Part shown: one piece after another, positions 51,621 through 63,985 of the stretch
How positions within the stretch are numbered: position 1 is the stretch's first letter
Layout: every line of letters starts with the position of its first letter
DNA from: Takakia lepidozioides
Taxonomy: Eukaryota > Plantae > Bryophyta
Assembly: GCA_030704615.1 (NCBI GenBank)
Contig: CM060733.1
Coordinates: forward strand, 17,422,001-17,486,000
Direction: 5' to 3'
Length of the DNA stretch: 64,000 nt
Made by a program: the position numbers and the translations under genes
Notes under the pieces: model-generated
Told to the model about the DNA's origin: nothing
Database searches by the model: none
The model's input: only the letters and a program-made list of their open reading frames with translations

Positions 51621-52799
51621 AGCGTGCCTTGCCGTCTTTGGATAGAACATGATCCTCAGTGATCTTCCTTGCCGTTCTCATTTGTATAACCTTTGGTGAA
51701 TCTCCCGGTGAATGATAGACCCCCTCCTTAACAATTGACATGACCTTTGAGAGAGACTCCCTTGACAATCATGTTGCTAAAGGGTGTACGTGCTTTCCAA
51801 GGTGGACAACCGCTCTGGTCATATGATCTAGTCCAAAAACATTTTACATTTTGGATGGACACTCTTGCGTGCACATTGGTGGAATCCCGCAAACGCCACA
51901 CACGACGGTGGATTTGGGTACATGCATCTGAACAGAGAATGGATTGTTGTTTGTTCCAGTCCAAAGAATCTTGTTAGGAGCATGAAATCTTCGGCGGTAA
52001 GGGCACGAGCCGGAGAGACATTCCATTGCACCAAGGCATACAACATACCTGAACAACAGACAAATAACTAAGATCAGATATGTCAAATTTGGGAGGATGG
52101 AAGGGATCTAAGACAAACAACCAAGATCAGATATGTTAGATTTGGGAGGATGGAAGGGAATCTAAAGACAGTGAATGAAAAAAAGCGATCATTGCAATGA
52201 GGATAACATACCTCACTGTCGATTCTCCTCGAGTGAGGCCTGGGAGCTCGGTGTTTGTCGTTCTCGTTTTGCACCAAGGGTGCCCATCATACTTTCTGTC
52301 CATACCTTCCATGCGACCAGCAGCACCAAGCTTTCCTGATGGGACAGGTGGGAGCTCACTAGAAGCATTCGTGTCTTTTCTGAATCGACTGGGTGTCCGC
52401 CAACCACTCCGGGAACCACTTGGCAGTAAGCGGGACTACTGGAAAGTCGAAACGGACAATGTGGGCCCACGGGGGCATTTCAGACGGCGGACAGAAGTGG
52501 GGTCAACGACTCCGGAGTCGTAGCAAAAATCCGGGCTATTTAATTAATTGCATAAATACATAAAATTTGAAAAAGCGGAAATTACAAGTGGTTCTAATTA
52601 CTGCATATGCGACTAGAAATTTTCATTCCTAATTTGATTAATGGAATAAAGATATTTATTCATTAAATTGAATATGTAGTCGACTCAACGACTCCATGAA
52701 CCACTGCGCATTGATTGCACCCATGATTCGGGGGCACATTTGCTGACGTGTGTTTCACAAGAACAAGCAAACAAAATATGGCCTTGGGGGAATAGATAT

Positions 52800-54330
52800 T
52801 TTAATATGTACTGCCTCCACCTGGAAGTGACATGGAAGGTCCATGGTGACAACGTGAAAGTTGGAATTGTAGGGTTTGTCATTCTGAACACCGCCCTGGT
52901 GGACATGTATGCCGAATGCGGGAGCATTGAAGATGCAAAGGTAGTGTTCGACTGTGGCGAGATGTGGTGTGGTGGAGTGCGATGATCGCATTGGCAGCAA
53001 GGCAAGGATGGTTGTCATTACCACCATAAAAATAAAACTGAAAGATTGTGTTTCTCATGAGGCCCTGGTTGGGAACCTGTTGCCTGGTAAAATGGGGCAA
53101 CACGGGGGCATGATGCGTGTAGAGGCAGTGATAGCTGAAGGAGCAGGATAGAGTGTGGGTCCATATATTCATCCAAGAGGGTCGGATTTCAAGCTCCAGA
53201 TTACCTATGGTTCCCTGTGAAGGATAGCTACAAGAAACCTCCATGGGTAGATGGTCAGCTGGAAGCGGCAGCTGTAGCGGCACAGTTGATAAAATCAGGC
53301 ACCTCAACCATGACCACAGCTTCTGGAAGAGGATCAAGAGAGGGAGTCCACAATGCCTCTTCTGGCACTTATGGACATGTGAAGATGCTTTATGAGGCAG
53401 GCAGACTGAAAGAGGCTCTACAGACTTTAAACCAAGGAGGCATACTAGCAGATGTAGATACAAATGTGTGTCTCTTGCATAAGTGCATCAAGATGAAAGG
53501 CCTGGAAGCTGGAAAGCAGGTGCACACTCACATTGTCCAAAGTGGATTCACGCCGAACGTTTTTCTACTCAACAACCTTGTCAACATGTATGTTAAGGGG
53601 AGCATCATGGATGATTTCATGTTTGTATGTGTTTGCAATGCGTGTGCAAGCTTAGAAATGGGGAATTAAGAGGTCCATGGTGACATCGGTCAAAGCTGGA
53701 ATTGCACCAGATACACTGCCGTGACCTGGACATGTATGCCAAATGTGGATACATTGAGGATGCAAAGGGAGTTTTCGACACTATGGCTGAACGAGATGTG
53801 GTGTCGTGGAGTGTGATGCTTGCAGGGTATGCACAACAGGGACGTGGGAAGGAGGCTTTGGAGACCTATGATCAAATGATGGGGGAAGGGATGAAGCCCG
53901 GCCACATCATGTTTGTGTGCATTTGCAATGCTTGTGCAAGCCTGGCAGCCCTGGACAAGGGCAAAGAGGTGCATGTCATCAAAGCTGGAATTGTACGAAA
54001 TGTCATTCTGAACACTGCCCTGGCAGCTCTAGAAAAGGGGAAAGAGGTCCATGGCGACATCTTCAGAGCTGGAATTGTACCAAATGTCATCTGAACCATA
54101 CCCTGGTGGACATGTATGCAAAATGTGGGTGCATCAAGCCCTAGACAAGGGCAAAGAGGTGCATGGGGTATCATCAAAGCTGGAGTTGTACCAAATGTTA
54201 TTATGAACACCGCCCTGGCAGCTCTGGAAATGGGAAAGAGGTCCATGGCGACTTCTTTAGAGCTGCAATTGTACCAAGGTGAATGCCTGTCAGATTACCA
54301 GATGCAAAGAGGTGCATGGTTGCATCGCCA
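52800..54330 (+). pseudogene. PLS-class pentatricopeptide repeat (PPR) pseudogene fragments
   Basis: DMYAKCGYIEDAKGVFDTMAERDVVSWSVMLAGYAQQGRGKEAL...ACASLAALDKGKEVH; scrambled repeats, stops and frameshifts. Confidence 0.9.
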
Positions 54331-55769
54331 AAGGCAGCATCTGCAGTGGCACAATTGATAAAATTAGGCACCTCAACCATGACCACAGCTTCTGGAAGAG
54401 GATCAAGAGAGGGAGTCCACAATGCCTCTTTTGGCAGAAACCTCTGGTGTTTTTGAATGCCTAGGGCAATTGTCTTCTTCTTTGAAACACATCACGGGAG
54501 GTTTTGGATGGAGGGTCCCTCTGTCCCGGGGATGGGAGCGAGCTCTGCTGTTCTCCGAGCTTGCCGAAGAGGCTATGCCCTGTCTTCTTCCTGCGGGGAG
54601 GGGGCGGGAAACTTCACATCCTTCAGCAGATTAACGCGCTTGTCTGTGGAGCTGAAATGGGTACCCGGCTTGGCCATGCGGGGCCCCAGATCATTCCGAC
54701 TGAAGGCTATGATGCTGGCCTCTAGGGATACTGAAGCAAGGTAATGTCCATCTCTATTTGTGCTCTTCCGGGTTGTTTGAATTGGAGCATTTCAGGCTTG
54801 AGATTGTCCTTGACCCATCCCAGCAGAAATCGTGGTCCAAGAAGTTCCCTGTATGTTCATGCAAAATTTGAATCGACACCCTTCTCCTCCTTCCATCAGC
54901 TTGCTTGTCTGCTTAAATTTCTGACATACCTGGTGTGTCTATTTTCTTTCAGTTTATTGCGCTGTCTGAGTGACGTTTTAACAGAGATCTTGCATGTGCA
55001 AACATTTAGAATATACTCCTCAATGTGGAAGGGTGCTTATCAAGCACGCGGTCCCGTCTGGAAGAGTGAAGAGCAATAATTGTCAGCCACACTGAGGGGA
55101 TCATAAGGGCAGAGAGAGTTGTACTCTTGTCCAAACGTTGTGTTTTGGGTGTGAGGTACTTAATGACAGTCCAGGAGCCATTTGGTGGGTTTCTAGTTTC
55201 TACCAACCATGGTATTGATATAATGGTAGAAGATACTATGCTGCTCTAAACCCCAATCCGAAACAGATGTAACATGTAGGAATTGTGATTACACTTCCAG
55301 TCACACGGGGGCTGCTATTTCATGAGCCATGAGCCATGAGCGGCATGAGCCATGAGCAGAGTCGTAAGTGTGGAAAAAAACATGAGCAGCACTATTTTCC
55401 GGAAATGAGTGTCCGCGGGAATAGGGTTTAGGGTGCCACGGTCATAGGGGGAGAAGGACCTCCCGATGAAGGAGGTTCGGCAATGTTATTTAGAATTATA
55501 TATTGAAAGGCAATGTTTCGCGAATGGTAGGGTGGTACTGCTCTGTACAATGGGGGCCCATTTCAGCCTACCAGCCATTTGCAAAATTCACCCACACTCC
55601 CAATCCCAAACGAAATGAGCAATGACGCATTCTCGGAACAATGGACACAGAATAGAATAAAAAGAGGGCACAATGAGGTTTTTATTGATCCACATGAATT
55701 GCATTTGAAGCACGTCTACTGTGCTGATTGTGCCCTCAAATCTTGAGCCCTGTGCCTACTGAATACAAG

Positions 55770-56550
55770 TCACGTTGTCAATGGGACTTCGACTGCTCTC
55801 AGAACTAGCTCATGAGTCCTGGGGCTCCTCCATGTAAAGTCGATTGCAGCCGTTGTACCGCCCCTAGTGATGTTCACCACAATGTCCTGCCCTTCAATCA
55901 TACCACCATCGAATATGGAAATCTTCACGTTTTCGTCGTCCACACCAATGCGAATGTCCCCATACAATGGAGAAGAGGAGCGCACTCCTCGAGGAGAATA
56001 GGTCTCTCCGATGGAGTCCACCCACGTCCAGTGGCAGCAGTTCCACCGCAACAGCATAGCAGTGCGCCTTCTTCTGCATGGGTGACCGTCGTAGCTGGGA
56101 AAATCGGAATCGAGGATGCGCAGGAGCCACGGACTCCTCAAACCAAGATCGTCACCCCGCTCGAAGGCGTAGTGGCCTACGATATACTCAAAAGCCACCA
56201 ATGTTTCCACAATCGAACCAGTATCTTCTGTGTAATCTGTGTACCAGATAACAATGTCTCCCGATGTGGCCGAATACATTGCATAATCGATGCCTCCAAA
56301 GGGGCAGTCGTCCCGGTTCCGGAAGCACGGCATCCTTGCAAAGGAGGACCTGAGGACGACTTGGATGCCGATGACCTTGCGGACAGCTACGAAGCCCTTA
56401 GATTTTGGAAAAGATACGAAGCGGAAGAGCAGTCCGGCCTCCAAAATGGAGCATCTGGGTCACACGTACCCACCGACGGAGGTGGAACGTGTTCATCACG
56501 CCAGCGGTGGATGAAGCCATACATCTTTCTCATCAACAAGTTATAGTTTG
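55770..56550 (-). CDS. Orphan ORF3 of M
   Basis: 224-aa open frame, near-identical to 23314-24063. Confidence 0.45.
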
Positions 56551-56960
56551 AGATCTGCCACCGAAGTCCATCCCCCCGGATGGAAATTCGGCGCCGCATT
56601 TACATCGAAGAGGGGATGGACTTCGTCGTGTCCAGTGGCTATCGGCCCACCTGGCAGTGACTGCCCATAGTTTGCATGGCAGGGTAGGAAACTGAAACGG
56701 CTACATTCATGCAGCAGCCAATCTTCATCGGTCCAGGATCCTGTAGGGGGAAATTTAAATGTGCCCTGGAGTGTGCCCTGGAATGTACCTCACTTCTGTA
56801 TGACTGTGTTTCATTGTGTTGAATAACTCTCGGATTTGGCCCACTGTTTACAATTTGATGTCTCATTTCTACAATTTGTCTGTCTGGTTGAATAAAGCAG
56901 AGTAACCGGTATGTGAGTCATGTGTCAAGAATATACCAGAGTAACGCCATGTCGGACATT

Positions 56961-57675
56961 GAAATGCGGCGCCGCATTTCCATGTCGGGATCGAAATGCG
57001 GCACAGCATTTCCATGTCGGACATCGAAATGCGGCACCGCATTTCCATGTGGGACAAGAAAATGCGGTGCATCATTTCCGTCCAGGTACACGAAATACCA
57101 ACACGGGTCTATAAATTGATCAGAAAACGAGGTTGGCATTGCAAATGCGGCGACGCATTTCCAGCTTGGCAATGGAAACTTCTTTTTGGACAAGGGAATG
57201 CGGTGCCGCATTTCCGTCCAACACTTCGAAAAGTGCACCTATTTCCGACCAGCGCGATGGAATGCGTTACCGCATTTCCGAGAGAGGGTCTGCAAATTGA
57301 CAAATTGCGATGTCCGTTCTGGAAATGCGGCGCCGCATTTCCATGTCCGTCATCGACTTTTTTTTTACAATGGAATGCGGTGCCAGTTTTTGCTGATGGG
57401 TCTGCAGTTCGAACAACCACCATCCCCAATATGGAAATGCGGCACCGCATTTCCAATCCCGCCATGTCGGCCTCCTTGTTCGACCTCCTTGTTCGACCTC
57501 TGTAAGCGTGGTGGCATCCATGCAATGAGCGGGAGAGGCCAAAACTGGCGTGTGGACAAAGGAAATTTTGGAAATGCGGCACCGCATTCCCAATTCAGAT
57601 TACTTTTTACTATGCCAACATTGAAATGGAAAAATTAGTCCCTCCCCTGTTTTGGAAATGCGGTGCCGCATTTCC
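56961..57675. repeat. Right palindrome array (12 sites, helically phased)
   Basis: Half-site ATG positions 56964, 56996, 57029, 57062, 57145, 57198, 57262, 57325, 57375, 57437, 57574, 57658. Confidence 0.95.
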
Positions 57676-57863
57676 AAAAGAGGTTCTTAGAGTTGCCAAA
57701 ATTTTGGAAATGCCCTGACCCATTTCTGATTTTGGGAGCGTCCTGGTTTGGGCGATTGTGTGGCTGGAATGCACACTGGAGAGGGGTCACGAATGTCGGG
57801 CAGAATTTTCTTTATATACTCTGGAAGAGAATTTACATTTACAGAGACTTCATTAAAATTCTA

Positions 57864-60800
57864 TTAATCTTGAAAATCATCGGAATCCTCATCCTGTTCT
57901 AGACTGTCCTGCTCCTCCTCCACCCCCTCAGTGCCTCTCTCATCTCCAGCGGACTGCTCGTTGGCCAGGCTTTCGAAAATCCCATCTTCCCCTTGCGGAA
58001 CTGTCCATCTCACCTCCGTTGGGTCGTCCTCCTCCCTGTCTGCGTCGCTCTCATCCGCTGAATCACATATGTACTTTCGTACCCGTCTACCTGTCTGAGC
58101 TGCTGCCAACTCTTTCCTTATCCTTCTGTCCTCCCTAGCCCTCTCCAAAATCTGCTCTACTTTACTGGGATTCTCACTTCTTCTAATCGCTGTATTTGCG
58201 AGTTTAGCTGCATAACTAGGAAGGGAGTAGTCCCTCACCGGGCTCGTCATGAAGTCGGCCCTCGCAAAGAACGGGACATTCTTCCTGGCAGGAAGTGTAG
58301 GCCCTACATGTTTCGACCCGGACCCTGCAATCCTGCACATGACAATCATCAACGAGACTAATGAGAACCACAGTCGGGAAATTCCTTTGACATAAATGAC
58401 CCAGAAGGCTTTGCAAACTTACAATGTTTGCACTCACTCGTATTCCGGGTTCTCCTCTGCATCAATGTCCACTGTGTCTTCCTCGGACTCCGACGAATCC
58501 GAGGAGACTTCCGCTCTGTCGGGAGCCTTCACATTCCGTTGCAGCCCCTCCAGATGGGATCCCCACACGGATGAATCCTCCTCGTAGGCAAAGAGGTGCC
58601 GGTCGGAAAACCGCCCAGCCCACATTGAGGCACCTGTTACAATGCCATCCACACATTACCACATGGCGCTTCAGATGTTGCGAACTACATCCTAACGAGA
58701 ATTTGCAGAACAGCAGAGATCAAGATTCTGCATACCTGTCCCACAGATGAGGTCCAGCACTGTGCCCTCCACGTCTGTGCATGTCTCCATAATTGTCTGA
58801 ATGAAGGCAGGGCTCCGAGTCCGTGAGTACCGCAGGGGTTCCGTTGAAGTGAGGCTATGAGGGAGAAGTTCCTTGGGAACGTTGTTGAACAGAACGTCGT
58901 AATCGAGTGGGTCGCAGTTCGGGTCAACCTTTCCTCCCTCCTTCCGGAAAGCAAAGGTGGAGTTTTCCTTCACAAAGCAGTATGCATCGAACTGCTTCGT
59001 CTGCATACACAGGGGGAAAACGATTAGAAACCGAATGCGGCACCGCATTTGAAAGCACCCAAGCAAATGAATGGACGAGTGCCAGTGTCGTAATCACCTT
59101 CTTCCCTTCCGACCGAAGGCCCAGTGTGTTGATGCACGTCCACTTCTTTTTCAGAATCGGGACGGCGCTCTTGCGGGTCCACTTCGCAATTCCTGTCTGA
59201 GTGTTTTTTCCTCTGCTCGCCAGGACAACCACACAGCCTCTGTCGTCCAACACCATGCGGGCAAGCCCGAATCCTTTCTTCCAAAAGTCCTCCGAGTACC
59301 TGTTCCAAGATGGCAAAGCTTGCAGTCCTTCCACAGGCTCTCCGTCCGGAATATCCAAGATGATCATATCGCAAGACCACTCGGTGGCATTTCCGCCCCT
59401 CCTACAATCCTTGTCTGCACACACCCTCTCAAAGAACGAGACCATATTCTGAAATCCTGGGGTGTCGGAAGGCTCTTCGGCAGTCGCCTTCTTCAGTGCT
59501 CTGCCCTTCAGACCCTCCATGGTCTTCATGTATGCCAACTTGGCTGCCCGTCCATCCAAAGCCGCCAAGAAACTCTCATTTACACACTGGACTACAGTTT
59601 CGGGAGCCACTTTCGGCCTCTTCATTTCCACCGGCTCGAAAGGGTGCCCCCCTGGGGGGTTGAAGAGTGCCTTCTTTGCCGAGCCAGTTCTCGTGCCTCT
59701 CGTGACAACGGTGGGCACAGGGGAGGCAGCCTGCGTTTGGGGGGGTGGGCTGGTTGCAAAGTCTCCATCGGAGTCCTCTTCCTCACCCTCTTCCTGAACA
59801 GGCTGTTTCTGCTTCTTCGTTTTGGCGGGTGTCACAACAGCTGCTCCTTGCTGGCGAGTCCTCTTCTTCGACCCCTTCTGTTGGGCCTGCACAGCTGCAT
59901 CCACCGTCTTTTGTGCCATCTCAGCTGCCTTTCTGGATTCTTCCAGAGCAGCAGATTCCTTTGCCGACTTTGGCCCAGCAGGGACACGTCTTTCCTTTCT
60001 CTTCTCTTCTGCCAAGGCGTGCAGATCTTTCTCAGACTCGTCAACAATACCGCCAGACATGTCCAGGTACCACGGGCATCCAACGAGATGCGCGGGATGC
60101 CATTGTTTCTGCATCTCGGGTGTGTAGACACAGCTTGGGCCCGCCACGGTCCAAGCCATGAAGAACGGGGGCTCTTGAGCCAGGGCCCCTGTCTGAAGGA
60201 GCACGTATTTCATATACCTGCAAGGCAGTCAGCATGCGTGAGCAAAACTTGAGACCAACCTACTGGCAGAGTGCCACCGAAAACATAAAATGCGAATGCG
60301 GTGCCGCATTTCCGAGACAAACCTCGTAACCAGGCTTCGCATACAAGGGCAGCTGTGCTTCACCTGTAAACAATTCGCATTGCAGCTTTCCCCGCTCCCT
60401 CCTGATGTGTAAACTCCACGCTCCTTCTTGCTGTCTGTAGCTCTCTGGCGAAAAGGTTGTCCTTGTACGCACATCTGAAACGTGTCACGTAGTCTTCCAA
60501 TGTCTGTGTTCCATCCCATTTGACGTACAAGCCGAACGAATTTGTGTGCATTACGACTTGCTCCTTTGCATTCGACATTACCTGCCATTCCCAAATGCAT
60601 TGTCACGTAGCAGTTCAGGGAATTCATGTCAGAAAAGCAAATCTGGGGAAGTACCTTGAATTACCTGGAACCACCAAGTCATACGGTTGAGCCACACATC
60701 CACTGCAGGGTCGGAAACTTCCAGTGGAAAAGACCACATTGTCCTTATGCTCTCGGATGCATTCCAGATCGACAGCCACCGTGTCTGCCATTTCCGATCC

Positions 60801-62987
60801 AATGTCAGTGGCTGGAAGAGAGTGGCTATTGCTAGGAAGGAAATTCAGTGCATTGAAACCTCACCTTCTCTTTCGCCTCCACACATGCCGTTGAGAGGTG
60901 ATGCAGTTTCTCCAATTGCATGGTCGGCTGCATGGCCCGAGAATAGTGTTTTGCAATCTCGGGGATGAAGTCCTTTCCAAGTGCCGGATCTGCAATTGCC
61001 ACCAGCTTCACAAGCTTTGACTTGTATTTGGTTCTGGACTTGACACCGGCTTCCTTCAAGTGCTCAGTCAATGACTGCAACGTTTTGACCTGCCCCTCAC
61101 TTTCCATGAAGAAGCGTTTGGCATGGGCCAAATCCAGCTTGATGTTTGACTGCCAACAAAAACATGCAGAAGCGTTACATTCGATTCATGTGGAAACATT
61201 ACTGGAAATTGGGGAAGGATGAGCAGAGGGAAATTGGAGCACGACTTACTTCGTATATCACCTCCACCATTCCATCCATAGTGAGACGATACCATGTCCG
61301 GTCTGTTTTTGCAACGGCTTTCTGAATGAGCTCCGGCTCCAGCATTTCCGCAAACATCTGCGGATCAGTAAGACCAGTTTTCCTCACCCTGTACAGCATA
61401 TGTGCCATGTGGGTATGCACGTACGCATTCTCAGTGACCCTGCAAGGCACACTCTCCAGTTCAGTACACGGAAGCACGGAATCAAACCAGAATGGAAACC
61501 GAAATGCGGCACCGCATTTCGAATGTGCTAGGGAGGGTATGAGTATCTTACGAGTTGAGGTCCGCCATGGCATTCTTGAGGAGGGAGGAGTCTGCCGCCT
61601 TCACCTTGAGGATGACACACTCCACCATGTAATGCCAGCCAATGTGCTTGGCATGGTTCTGCTTGATGTACTCCCACCAGGCGAGAAGTCGGTGATTCCC
61701 GTCCCACACAAAGAACATTTTTCCCGACATATGGCCGAAGTCGGGATCACCCTTCAGCGTCGCCTCGAATTCGTGGTTGCGAGTGTGCCAGTGGGTATCC
61801 CACGTTGACAATTCATCGGCAGTGGGTCCACGGGTTTCGCCGTCCTCATTCTCTATGGAAACGTAAAACGCTGCCGATCCCAGACGGTACCCTTCTCGAA
61901 ATGCGAACTTGAGCTTATCCACATCTCCGGGAAGGGCCTGCCTGACGATGGGAAGGGAGACCATGCGACAGAGTGGGATTCGAAGAGTCCGCTGGAATAC
62001 CCTGCTGCCCAGAACTCTGCCAATGCTACTGTGTGTCTCCTCCAACATTTTATCCGCTGCACTTTTGAAATCCTCCGGAGACATGTCTGTAGGTGCCGGT
62101 AGTGGCTGAGCAGCTGGAGCATCCTCAACTGGAGCTGCACTCTGGGGCCTGTGTGCGGGCAATTCTGCCACTGCAGAGGCCTCCTCCGGGCCTGCTAGCT
62201 CATCGGTGGTGAGGTCTGCCTGCGAACGTTCAGCGGCAGCACCCTCCTCCGGTACCAAATCGAGATCAACGGTCGATCCCATTGCCTTCGCTGCAGCAGA
62301 GTCGGCCCCAACATCTGCAGGCGGGAAATCCTCCAGGAACTGAGCTTCAGCTCGTGGAAGCGGTTTTGCGGGAGATTGTTCGCCGTCGCCCTGATTGCCT
62401 TCTGCTTCCTCATCCTTGCAGGTGAAGGTGTCTGCTGCAATAGAATCTGTCTTCTACCCTGCTGCTTCATTCGCGTTGGGGGGGGTGAATCGGCCTGAGC
62501 CGGTTCAGAAGCCAGTAGAGGGACGGGCTGCTTCTTCTTCGACTTTGCTGGAGAAGGGCCCGACCCCTGCTGGCGATTCTCCATGATCGAAGAACGCGAG
62601 TCGATCTCTGAGACTTTGAACTTGCCCTTCGAAGACGCGTCTTTGAATCGCAGAGGGCTAGGCCCGGCAGGAGTACCCGCGCTCGGGGATCGGGTGGGTG
62701 TACGTGCTGCAGCTAGCTCCTCGGACTCTTCCTGCGGCTCTTCGGATTCCTGCGATCCCTCCAGCACGTCCACCTTTCCTGTTAGGCATGCAAACATGTT
62801 CTGCATTCAAGTCTCCTAGCATTCAGTCTAAGAATTACAGAAGCAAAATGGGGGGTTCGGTGCTCGATCAGCTGCGCGCAGCCCGATCGCATGGAGCTCT
62901 CACTGGTGGCTGGGTTGCCTGAGTGGCCTGCTGCTCGGAGATGGCAATCTCCTCCTGTAGACGCATCTGCTTCCTCCCCTTCGGCAT
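57864..62987 (-). CDS. Multi-exon ParB/Srx-like plus beta-class N4C/N6A DNA methyltransferase-like protein
   Basis: ParB-like FVWDGNHRLLAW (~61675-61715); MTase motif IV-like CDMIILDIPDG (59341-59373); spliced motif X/I/II SPAFIQTIMETCTDVEGTVLDLICGTG|ASMWAGRFSDRHLFAYEED (58820-58580); GT-AG introns restore the frame. One apparent 1-bp frameshift at ~62383; start codon is inferred. Confidence 0.8.
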
Positions 62988-63419
62988 TGGCCTACGTCCG
63001 AAGTATAATTTCCGGAGCTTGCGACGAGGTCTCCTGTCTGGTGCACGAACTCCCCCCCTCTCAGGTTCGAGCATAAGAAGAACAGAGAGAGGGAAAAGGG
63101 GCAAAGAGTGCAGATGGAAAGGGCGCGAGAGGGGTGACTGAGGAGACACGACAAAAGTAGATGAAACGGCGGTGATGCACCACTTGGGTTCGAAAGGTTG
63201 GACGAAAGTGTCTCCTCGTGGAGTTTGCGTCATTACGAAATTCGAATCGTTGAGGGTACGCCCGCCGTCCGAAAATCAAACATCATTATCCAACGGTCAG
63301 GCCGCGCCGCCTCATGCCCCTTCAGTCAGATAGAGTGCCGACATGTGCAGCAATTCCGTTGCTCCACGTGTTCACATTTCAAGGCATTTCCGTCCCAGCG
63401 TCTGATGAGTTGGAGCGAG

Positions 63420-63985
63420 AATGCGAATGCGGCGCCGCATTTCCGTTAAGTACCATCACGCTACACATCCGTACTTGTTGGAAGAAAATGCGGCACCGCA
63501 TTTCCGTTCCACCTTCACATACCTTAGTTGTTGAACGGAAATACGGTGCCGCATTTCCGTCCCACAGCTCCATGTATGAGATTCAGAAGGGAAATGCGGC
63601 GCCGCATTTCCGTTCCCACTTCACATACGTTAGTTGATGAATGGAAATGCCGTGCCACATTTCCGTTCGGGAAAGTATAGAGGTCTCACCTGGACAGAAA
63701 TGCGGTGTCGCATTTCCGGTCTGGAAAGGTTGAAGGTCTCACATGGATGGAAATGCGGCAACACATTTCCGTAGCACAGCTCCAGGCCGAATATACAAAA
63801 CGGAAATGCGGCGCCGCATTTCCGTTCGAGAATGTCGGAAGGTGCGACTCGAACGGAAATGCGGTGCCGCATTTCTGTACCCGTTGCGCACGATTTTCAG
63901 TCAGAATGGAAATGCGGTACCGCATTTCCGTTCTGTAGAGTATTAACGTCTGACGCTGGCGGAAATGCCTTCCCGCATTTTCGTT
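63420..63985. repeat. Central palindrome array, exact 53-bp period
   Basis: Half-site positions 63488, 63541, 63594, 63647, 63700, 63753, 63806, 63859, 63912, 63965. Confidence 0.97.

Noticed and set aside
52800-54330. Functional PPR RNA-editing factor
   Set aside because: Stops, frameshifts, truncated motifs and no E/DYW domain.
59071-60252. 393-aa plus-strand ORF
   Set aside because: Antisense shadow of the large exon of the ParB-MTase gene; no recognisable motifs.
57864-62987. Bacterial or phage contamination (ParB, MTase, parS-like sites)
   Set aside because: The gene is split by GT-AG introns, including within the MTase motifs, and the element is inserted into plant retrotransposons and next to PPR sequence.
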